From Nitrospinales bacterium (GTDB lineage Bacteria; Nitrospinota; Nitrospinia; Nitrospinales; JAJDAT01): a stretch of DNA of 46,996 nt. The stretch covers positions 1-46,996 of the forward strand of contig JBHHYO010000013.1 of NCBI GenBank assembly GCA_046757665.1. The letters run 5' to 3'. Positions 36,688 through 44,108 of this stretch are shown here, one piece after another. The translations under genes and the position numbers were made by a program. The notes under the pieces are model-generated. The model did no database searches, was not told the origin of the DNA, and saw only the letters and a program-made list of their open reading frames with translations. Position 1 is the first letter of the stretch. Each line of letters begins with the position of its first letter.

Positions 36688-37161
36688 CTACGATTTCTTC
36701 TTCTTTTTTGCCAAACCCATCAAGACGCCGCGGATGTACTTTACAACACTCCATATCTCAACGTCTTTCAATTTCTTATGGGCGACCATTCCGGTTCCCT
36801 TGGAGCCGTTTTTAACAATCCAGAACATTTGGCCGGCGGAAATTTTCTTCATGGTTGCCTTGCAAGTGAAATTTCGCGGCTTGGGGGTCAGAAGAGCGCC
36901 GAGTTTGCCATCGCCGGCCCCCTTGTTGCCGTGGCAGTTAAAACAGGCCATTGGAGCGCCTTTGGATTGGGCAAATTTTTGGTCATGAAAGATTTTCTTC
37001 CCCAGCTTCATGCTTGCGCCCTTGGGATATCTTTTTTTAGCGATGTTGGAAGGGGCGGATTTGGTCTTCCTTTTTTGCGGGCATTCCCCTGCCGCAAAGG
37101 CGGAAGCGGTGACAGAAAGAGTAAAAATGGCCAAGATGAGGGTAATAAATGTCTTTTTCAT
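36688..37161 (-). CDS. Secreted, strongly basic monoheme c-type cytochrome
   Basis: Signal peptide (AFA), CFNCH, GAGDG..PKPRNFT, GSKGTGM; AGGAG RBS. Confidence 0.92.
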   Translation of the reverse strand: MKKTFITLILAIFTLSVTASAFAAGECPQKRKTKSAPSNIAKKRYPKGASMKLGKKIFHDQKFAQSKGAPMACFNCHGNKGAGDGKLGALLTPKPRNFTCKATMKKISAGQMFWIVKNGSKGTGMVAHKKLKDVEIWSVVKYIRGVLMGLAKKKKKS

Positions 37162-37188
37162 TTAAGTTTTTCTCCTTGCAAGCAAATG

Positions 37189-37216
37189 AACCAATTTTTC
37201 TATAACCAATTTTCTA
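37189..37216. repeat. Direct repeat in the cytochrome c 5' region (possible regulator site)
   Basis: aaccaatttttcta (37189-37202) and aaccaattttcta (37204-37216). Confidence 0.6.
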
Positions 37217-37317
37217 ACAAGCGACGCCAAGGCCTCTTGGTCTTCTGCCAGAACAGGTTGCTGAAAAAGCCCCATTAGCGCCATACGCAACTCAAGCCGC
37301 TAATTACAAGAGAACAA

Positions 37318-37345
37318 ATTATAGTCAATCTCCCCAAGCTGTCAA
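37318..37345 (-). promoter_or_regulatory. Consensus sigma70 promoter for the cytochrome c gene
   Basis: Minus strand TTGACA-16 bp-TATAAT (both hexamers perfect). Confidence 0.75.
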
Positions 37346-37538
37346 TCGGAAAACTCTTACGACTTCTCATCTCTTTTCCTGAAATATCATAAAGTTCTCC
37401 TATATATGAAAGCCGGGTGGGCAGGCGTTCTTCCGAAAATTGTACCTGGCGGCCGGAAAAAACAATATTTCCCCGGCAATTTTTCCCCGGTGGGTTGATT
37501 GATTTTAAAGGCGTTGCAAATCTGAAAAGGAATTATGC

Positions 37539-37568
37539 TTGCTAAGCCGATAAATCTTGGGGTAGTAT
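37539..37568 (+). promoter_or_regulatory. Putative sigma70 promoter for the KamA-family gene leader
   Basis: TTGCTA-18 bp-TAGTAT. Confidence 0.45.
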
Positions 37569-37574
37569 TTTTAC

Positions 37575-37762
37575 CTAACGCAATTATTTATCACCGCCAA
37601 TGTTACTTGGTCGTTGTCGCTTCTCCGGTTTGATAGGCTTCCCCGTTCTTGACTTGAAGCCTGGATTTTTAATACGGCAAGTGGTGATATTCACACCGAA
37701 TCTTTAACCCACAAAAAAAATCAACCTCAGAGCCGGTATGTATTCGCTGAGGTTTGTTTTTT
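37575..37762 (+). promoter_or_regulatory. Candidate structured cis-regulatory leader (attenuator/riboswitch-like) ending in an intrinsic terminator
   Basis: Several stems (TATCAC/GTGATA, AGGCTTC/GAAGCCT); terminator AACCTCAG (37723-30)...CTGAGGTT (37747-54) plus TGTTTTTT directly before the AGGAGG RBS. Confidence 0.6.
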
Positions 37763-37773
37763 AGGAGGGCCTT

Positions 37774-38976
37774 ATGGATACTCGATTTTCTCCGCGTGGC
37801 GGTAATGGCTCAAACCACAATGGCCATAAACTTGTGGATCAAAACAATAACAGGTCGGACAAAAAACCAATAAAAACAAAGTACTTGACCAAGCTGAGCC
37901 AAGTCCCCGAATTGACCGGGAAAGAACGCGACGACCTGTCGGAGGTTGCCGAAAAGTTCGTTTTTCGTACGAATGATTATTACCAATCCTTGATCGATTG
38001 GAATGATCCCGACGATCCGATCCGCCGTTTGATCGTTCCGGATATCCGGGAAATGGACGAGTGGGGACAGTTGGACGCCTCTGAGGAGGAATCTTATACC
38101 ATGGTCAGGGGGCTTGAGCACAAGTACAGCTCGACGGCCCTTCTGCTGGTCAATGAAGTGTGCGCGGCCTATTGCCGGTTCTGTTTCCGCAAGCGCCTTT
38201 TCATGAACGACAATGATGAGGTCACCAAGGATATCTCCCAGGGGTTGCAATACATCCGCACCCATCGGGAAATAACGAATGTCCTTTTGACCGGCGGCGA
38301 TCCCTTGATCATGTCCACGGACAAACTGGGAAGAATTATCGAGCAGGTCCGGGAGGTGGAGCATGTGCGGATCATCCGGATAGGGACAAAAATCCCCGCG
38401 TTCAATCCGTTCCGCATCACCAACGACCCCTCGCTGTTGCGGATGATCGAAAAACACAGCACGTTAAAGAAAAAAATATATATCATGGCGCACTTCAACC
38501 ACCCCCGCGAGTTGACGGCCGAGGCGATTGAAGGCTTGAACCTGTTGATGAAGGCTGGAGCGATTATTGTCAACCAGACGCCGATCATCAAGGGAGTCAA
38601 TGACAGTTCGCAGGTTTTGACGGAACTTTTCGAAAACCTGTCATTTATCGGGGTGCCGCCTTATTATGTCTTTCAGTGCCGCCCCACCCTGGGGAACAAG
38701 GGATATGTGGTCCCCCTGGAAGAATCGTTCCTGCTGTTCGAGCGGGCTCGCAACACATGCTCCGGCCTGGCCAAAAGAGCCCGGTTTGTGATGTCCCATG
38801 CTTCCGGCAAAATAGAAATGCTCGGTCTCACTGAAGATCAAGCCTTTTTTAAATATCACCGGAGCGCGGATGAAAATGATAACGCGCGTTTTATGGTATG
38901 CAAAAGAAATTCCGAGGCATTCTGGTTTGACGATTACCGTGAACTGGTCTCCGAAGAGGTCTCGACTTATTCCTGA
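37774..38976 (+). CDS. KamA-family radical SAM protein (lysine 2,3-aminomutase-like)
   Basis: GLEHKY, CAAYCRFCFRKR, VLLTGGDPL, IRIGT, HFNHPREL, NQTPIIKGVND, PPYYVFQCRP, HASGKIE. Confidence 0.92.
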   Translation: MDTRFSPRGGNGSNHNGHKLVDQNNNRSDKKPIKTKYLTKLSQVPELTGKERDDLSEVAEKFVFRTNDYYQSLIDWNDPDDPIRRLIVPDIREMDEWGQLDASEEESYTMVRGLEHKYSSTALLLVNEVCAAYCRFCFRKRLFMNDNDEVTKDISQGLQYIRTHREITNVLLTGGDPLIMSTDKLGRIIEQVREVEHVRIIRIGTKIPAFNPFRITNDPSLLRMIEKHSTLKKKIYIMAHFNHPRELTAEAIEGLNLLMKAGAIIVNQTPIIKGVNDSSQVLTELFENLSFIGVPPYYVFQCRPTLGNKGYVVPLEESFLLFERARNTCSGLAKRARFVMSHASGKIEMLGLTEDQAFFKYHRSADENDNARFMVCKRNSEAFWFDDYRELVSEEVSTYS

Positions 38977-39086
38977 CAACAGGCTGATTTAACCGGAGCC
39001 AGGCTTCGGCTTTACGGCGGAAGACCAGCCATTCCGTTAAACGGCGCCTGCCAACCTTTTGATCCGATTGGATTCCTTGCCCAGGG

Positions 39087-41006
39087 ATGGATCTGGTTTA
39101 CGGCTTCTTCATATTCCCGGCGTTTTATTTTCTGGGAGACAAGCTCCGGAAGTGGTGGGGTTTCCCGCCTTCCGATAACGCCGAGGCTTTTGTATTCAGC
39201 ACGGTGTTGGGGTTGGTGGCGGTTTCCCTGGCGATAACGGTTTTGGCTGTTCTGCGCCTGATTTATCCGGTCACGGCCTGGCTTCTTGTCGCGGTGATTT
39301 TTGCCGGATGCGCCGGCAGGATTCGGCAAGTGGCGGCGGCTCTGCCGCGGAAGTTACAAACCCTGCGGCCCTCCTTCTCCTCTCCCGGGCGGAGGACATT
39401 TTTCGAAATTTTCAATAACGGGATTCTGGCTATCCTGGTTTTCATGGCCCTCACCCTGGCGCTTGCGCCGCCTGTGGCTACCGACGCGCTGGTCTATCAT
39501 CTGGCCGTTCCGAAAGCGTATCTTCAGCGCCACGGACTCGTCAACCTTCCCAACAATATCTACTCGTTTTTCCCCCTGCAATTCGAGATGGTTTATCTTT
39601 TCTGCCTGATGTTGAAAGGCGGCGTCCTGGCCCAGTTGGCCGGTTTGGGGATGACTCTGCTTGTCTTGTCGGCCATGGTTTTGTTTTACAAGCGCCATTT
39701 TTCACCTCGTTATGCCTGCCTGGTTCCCGTGGTGTTTTTCGCCACGCCAACGGTCTGGTGGGTATCCTCGGTCGCTTATGTGGACGCCGCCGCCGCGGGT
39801 TTGCTTTTCCTGTCTTTTTACGCCTGGGACCGCTGGCGACTGACGGACCGGAACGGCTGGTTTTTAACGATGATTACCCTTGCCGGCTGTGCCGTCGCAA
39901 CCAAGCTGACCGCGATTATCGCGTTGCCCCTGGTTTTTCTGGGGATCGTTCTTCAAGACCGCGACAAAGGAAACTGGCCCCGGACGTTGCGCAATCTTCT
40001 GTTGTCCGCCGTGGCCGTTGCGATGTTTTTGGCGCCCTGGCTGGTTAGGAATTTTCATTATACCGGCAACCCTGTCGCGCCTTTTCTCATGCAGTTTTTC
40101 GGCGGCACGCAGGGAATCAACTGGGATGAACACCGGTCGTCCCTGCAATTTCAGTATTACCGTTCCTTTGGCATGGGACACGGGCTGAAGGATTTTTTTC
40201 TCCTGCCGGTCAACCTCACTTTTTTCAGCGCAAAGAACAGTCTGCGGTTTGACGGCGAAGTCGGGGCGCTTTATCTTTTGCTTCTGCCGGGTTTGTTCTG
40301 GCTGAGGCAGGCCAAACGCCTTGGCGAAACTTCAAGCAATGTGCCGGCCAGCCTGGTTTTTTTGTTTGCCGTGTTTTTGATTTCCTGGTTTACGCAATCC
40401 CAGTATATCCGTCTTCTGATCCCGTCCCTGGTCTTCCTGAGTCTGCTGGCCGTTCTGGGATTTGACGGAATGATGCGTTGCAAACCTGTTCTCGGCAAGC
40501 CGGCAACGTTCTTGATTCACGGCATCCTGGCCGTGGGCATTGTATATAATCTGACCCTGGTTGCCGGCGAATGGGTTCGCTTGCAACCCGTCAGTTACCT
40601 GGCGGGTCTGGAAAGCCGCGACCGCTATCTCGCCCGGCATGTTCCATCCTATCCCCTCTTTCAGACCATCAACAAAACTTTGGACAAAAAGGCAACGGTG
40701 TTGTTTGTTTATATGCGAAACCTGGGTTATCTGTGCGATCGAAACTTCATCAGCGACACTTTTTTCGAAGCCTATACCCTCAAGGAGGCGCTACGCAAGG
40801 ATCCCTCCGTCAAGGGAATTGCCCGGCGGCTTGGCAATCTGGGCGTCACCCATTTGCTGTTCGACAATCATTATGTTTTCGGGAAAGATTCCGTTTTTAC
40901 CGCGGCCGGGCGGGAAGCGTTGAAGAATTTTCTGAACTCCGGAGCGACGTTGGTCAAGGCGGAAAATGGTTTTTATCTTTACCGCCTGGCGACGGGCGAG
41001 GTTTGA
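39087..41006 (+). CDS. Polytopic GT-C (ArnT/PMT-like) membrane glycosyltransferase
   Basis: Many TM helices, PPVATDALVYHLAVPK, AYVD, ATKLT, PWLVRN..YTGNP. Confidence 0.8.
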   Translation: MDLVYGFFIFPAFYFLGDKLRKWWGFPPSDNAEAFVFSTVLGLVAVSLAITVLAVLRLIYPVTAWLLVAVIFAGCAGRIRQVAAALPRKLQTLRPSFSSPGRRTFFEIFNNGILAILVFMALTLALAPPVATDALVYHLAVPKAYLQRHGLVNLPNNIYSFFPLQFEMVYLFCLMLKGGVLAQLAGLGMTLLVLSAMVLFYKRHFSPRYACLVPVVFFATPTVWWVSSVAYVDAAAAGLLFLSFYAWDRWRLTDRNGWFLTMITLAGCAVATKLTAIIALPLVFLGIVLQDRDKGNWPRTLRNLLLSAVAVAMFLAPWLVRNFHYTGNPVAPFLMQFFGGTQGINWDEHRSSLQFQYYRSFGMGHGLKDFFLLPVNLTFFSAKNSLRFDGEVGALYLLLLPGLFWLRQAKRLGETSSNVPASLVFLFAVFLISWFTQSQYIRLLIPSLVFLSLLAVLGFDGMMRCKPVLGKPATFLIHGILAVGIVYNLTLVAGEWVRLQPVSYLAGLESRDRYLARHVPSYPLFQTINKTLDKKATVLFVYMRNLGYLCDRNFISDTFFEAYTLKEALRKDPSVKGIARRLGNLGVTHLLFDNHYVFGKDSVFTAAGREALKNFLNSGATLVKAENGFYLYRLATGEV

Positions 41007-41078
41007 AAACATTAACGTCAAAAAATCGGCTTGTGATAAACTAACGCCGGTTCAACACATTTGAAGGGAATTGGGTTC

Positions 41079-41681
41079 ATGGGACGATTGGACAAAAAAA
41101 ATATTTTGGTGGTTATTCCAAAAGATTATTACAACGAAGAAGAGCTGGAAACCTGTCTGAAGGTTTTCGAGGAGGAAGGCGCCCGGACGCTTGTCGCCTC
41201 GGCAAAATTGAAAGAGGCGGTGGGAATGAAAACCGGACGGTTCCGGCCGGATGTGCTTATTGTGGACGCCGTCGAGGGAATCATGGGTGACAGCTACGTC
41301 ACCGAGGCCGGCCACGGCACCCGGCAGGTCAAGGGTATTTTCCATGGCGTGGTTCTCATCGGCGGGCAGGGCGCCAGAAAATATCTGTGGCCGGACAAGG
41401 TTCTGCACTTGTTGCTCGCGGACCGCCACCGGAGCGGGTTTGTGGTCAGCGCCATCGGAACGGCGGTTCCCTGCCTGGGGCATACGGGATTGCTCGAGGG
41501 AAAAACCGTGGCGGCGGAAAAGAACAAACACACCCTGCCGGAACTGGAAAAGGAAAAAATCACCATCGGAGAACAGGATGTCGTTGCCGACGACAGGATC
41601 ATCACCGCCAATGGCGCGGCGGCGGCGGAGCGCTTCGCCCAGGCCGTGGTCGAGGCGGTGCAACAAACCAAATTCAAATGA
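41079..41681 (+). CDS. DJ-1/PfpI-family protein lacking the nucleophile-elbow Cys
   Basis: NEEEL, VVLIGGQGA, SAIGTAVPCL (usual AIC), GLLEGK, VVADDRIITANG. Confidence 0.85.
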   Translation: MGRLDKKNILVVIPKDYYNEEELETCLKVFEEEGARTLVASAKLKEAVGMKTGRFRPDVLIVDAVEGIMGDSYVTEAGHGTRQVKGIFHGVVLIGGQGARKYLWPDKVLHLLLADRHRSGFVVSAIGTAVPCLGHTGLLEGKTVAAEKNKHTLPELEKEKITIGEQDVVADDRIITANGAAAAERFAQAVVEAVQQTKFK

Positions 41682-41712
41682 CCATCCGGCGGACAGGCGC
41701 TTTTGAAAAAAA

Positions 41713-42057
41713 CTATTCCTCCCGGGCCTTTTGGGAATTGAGAATTTTCATGCGAAGTTTAAACGCCGCGTTTAATTGCTTGACGGTCGGTTCCGGAGCA
41801 TCCGGGAAAAAAACCTTCTGATTGATCTCATCCAGAGCGTGGTCTTCCAAAAGTTTGGCAAACGCCTCATCCACAAAAACGCGGCTCATCTTCACAATTT
41901 TGTTGAATGAAATAATGATTTTCCGGTACTTCTCCCAATTGTCGTTGATGCTTTTGCGGATCAAGTCTCCCGCGGGATAGCCTTCCTCGGAGTATCGCCC
42001 TTCGGGGGTCGGGGTTTTGACGAGGTCGAAAACGCTGATTTTGATTTCAGGCTCCAT
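41713..42057 (-). CDS. STAS-like (DUF4325) domain protein
   Basis: IIISFNKIVKMSRVFVDEAFAKL resembles the DUF4325 DF..v....SF.dEaf motif; start ATG 42057 assumed. Confidence 0.65.
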   Translation of the reverse strand: MEPEIKISVFDLVKTPTPEGRYSEEGYPAGDLIRKSINDNWEKYRKIIISFNKIVKMSRVFVDEAFAKLLEDHALDEINQKVFFPDAPEPTVKQLNAAFKLRMKILNSQKAREE

Positions 42058-42122
42058 GGTTTTTTGATGCTTCCCTGAAAGATGTCGGCCCGACGCCACG
42101 ACCGGCGACGATAAAGCAAAAA

Positions 42123-42629
42123 TCATTTTTCCCGGATGGTGACAGACTTCATTTCTATCCGGTCTATAGGGTTATCCTGGTTGTCGGTTGGAACGGCGAC
42201 GATTTGCTCCGCGATGTCCATTCCTTGAACCACTTTTCCAAAAGCGGTGTAATTGCCGTCCAGAAAAAGAGAGTCCTTGACGACGATGAAAAACTGCGAA
42301 CCGGCGCTGTCCGGGTTTTGCGACCGGGCCATGGAGACGATTCCCTTGGTGTGGGGAGTATCGTTAAATTCGGCCTTGATGGTGTATCCGGGGCCGCCCA
42401 TGCCGTGCATGGAGCGGTCCTCCTGTTTGGAGTTGGGGTCGCCGCCCTGAATCATGAATCCGGGAATCACCCGGTGGAACGTCGTGCCGTCATAAAATCC
42501 CTTCTTGGCCAGGGATTTGAAGTTTTTCACATGCCCCGGCGCTTTGTCATCGAAAAATTCGATTTCGATGACGCCCAGGCTGGTTTCTATCACGCCGACT
42601 GCTTTGCCGTTATCCGATGATGTATTCAT
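42123..42629 (-). CDS. Cyclophilin-type PPIase (cytoplasmic)
   Basis: FYDGTTFHRVIPGFMIQGGDP, SMARS, SAGSQFFI; no signal peptide. Confidence 0.95.
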   Translation of the reverse strand: MNTSSDNGKAVGVIETSLGVIEIEFFDDKAPGHVKNFKSLAKKGFYDGTTFHRVIPGFMIQGGDPNSKQEDRSMHGMGGPGYTIKAEFNDTPHTKGIVSMARSQNPDSAGSQFFIVVKDSLFLDGNYTAFGKVVQGMDIAEQIVAVPTDNQDNPIDRIEMKSVTIREK

Positions 42630-42662
42630 AACGCCCTTTCCAGAAAATTTTTTGTTTCAGCT

Positions 42663-43217
42663 TCATTTGTTGCGAATGCTGATTGATTTCACGACGACTC
42701 GTTTATTGGGATTGTCGGCATTGTCCCGGGGGACGCTGACGATCTTGTCCACAACGTCCATGCCCTTGATCACCCGTCCGAAAGCGGTATACTTGAAATC
42801 GAGGAACAGGGAGTCCTTGACGACGATAAAAAACTGCGAACCGGCGCTGTCCGGGTCCGAAGCCCGGGCCATGGAAACGATCCCTCTTTTATGTCGGGTG
42901 TCGTTGAACTCCGCCTTGATGGTGTATCCGGGGCCGCCGGTGCCGTGCGTGGAACGGTCATCCCCCCTGGAGTTCGGATCGCCGCCCTGAATCATGAATC
43001 CGGGAATCACCCGGTGGAACGTCGTGCCGTCATAGAAACCTTTTTTTGCCAGGGACTTGAAATTCTTCACGTGTCCCGGCGCCTTCTTGTCCAGGAATTC
43101 TATTTCGATGACGCCCATGCTGGTTTCGATCACGGCAATTTCTTTACTTTGGGCCGAGGATATGCCTATCATTGTTGCAAAGAAAACGGCGGTCACTTGG
43201 AACAAAAACTTTTGCAT
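42663..43217 (-). CDS. Cyclophilin-type PPIase (signal peptide, periplasmic)
   Basis: Same cyclophilin motifs; ATG 43217 with GGAGG RBS, signal peptide ending SSAQS. Confidence 0.95.
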   Translation of the reverse strand: MQKFLFQVTAVFFATMIGISSAQSKEIAVIETSMGVIEIEFLDKKAPGHVKNFKSLAKKGFYDGTTFHRVIPGFMIQGGDPNSRGDDRSTHGTGGPGYTIKAEFNDTRHKRGIVSMARASDPDSAGSQFFIVVKDSLFLDFKYTAFGRVIKGMDVVDKIVSVPRDNADNPNKRVVVKSISIRNK

Positions 43218-43366
43218 AATTCCTCCAATAGATCGGCTTGAAATGGGTAAAAACGATCGGAACAAAGATCAATTGCTCGACACATTTTGGATGTTGTTTA
43301 AAAGTCTAAAGAATGGGCCGGGGATTGTCAAACGGATAAAAAGAATCGGTCCGCAGAGGCAAGACA

Positions 43367-44065
43367 ATGGAAGAGATTAGCCTGCCGGCCATCCTGAGTC
43401 TGGCCTTTGGCCTGGGTTTGGTGCACGCCCTGGACGCGGACCACATTGCGGCCGTGTGCGGTCTGGCCGGCACGAAACCCGGCCGCCGCGAGAGTTTTTC
43501 CTTCTGCGCGCGCTGGGCGGTCGGCCACGGAATGACGATTCTGGCGTTGGGGTCGGTGGCGGTTTTCCTGGGGCCGGCTCTGCCGGAGAGCCTTAGTAAG
43601 GCCGCGGAAAACCTGGTTGGACCGGTGTTGATCGTTATCGGCCTGTGGGTGATCGTCGACCTGAAACGCCGCCGGGCGCACCTGCATTTTCACCGGCACG
43701 ATGATCTGCCGAACCACGCCCACTGGCACGTCCACGGAAAACACGAGAAACACGACAAGGCCGGCAGTCACAGGCACGGTCACGGCGCGGTCATGGTGGG
43801 CATGTTGCACGGCGCCGCCGGGCTGGCTCCCCTGCTGGCGCTGGTTCCCCTTTCCAACCATACCGCCTCCTCCTGGGAGGTCCTCGCCTGCCTGGCGGTA
43901 TTCGGCCTGGGAGTGCTGGGAACCATGCTGGTGTTTGGCGGCCTGGTTGGACTGGTTTTCGACCGGGCCATGCGTCGGGGAGAAACCCTGGTGACTTTCT
44001 TGCGCGGCGGCGTGGGTTGCCTCTCCATGGGATTGGGGGTGTATCTTTTGACCGGCGCGATTTAG
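43367..44065 (+). CDS. Nickel/cobalt transporter, UreH/HupN-like
   Basis: HALDADH signature, His-rich loop (HLHFHRH...HAHWHVH), GMLHGAAG, ~6 TM. Confidence 0.85.
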   Translation: MEEISLPAILSLAFGLGLVHALDADHIAAVCGLAGTKPGRRESFSFCARWAVGHGMTILALGSVAVFLGPALPESLSKAAENLVGPVLIVIGLWVIVDLKRRRAHLHFHRHDDLPNHAHWHVHGKHEKHDKAGSHRHGHGAVMVGMLHGAAGLAPLLALVPLSNHTASSWEVLACLAVFGLGVLGTMLVFGGLVGLVFDRAMRRGETLVTFLRGGVGCLSMGLGVYLLTGAI

Positions 44066-44108
44066 AACAATCCTCAACACCGGTTTCCCCTGTTTGGATT
44101 TTTGTGTC

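Noticed and set aside
37528-37543. Sigma54-like AGGAATTATGCTTGCT upstream of the KamA leader
   Set aside because: GG/GC spacing fits but the -24 element is poor; the overlapping sigma70-like candidate is at least as plausible
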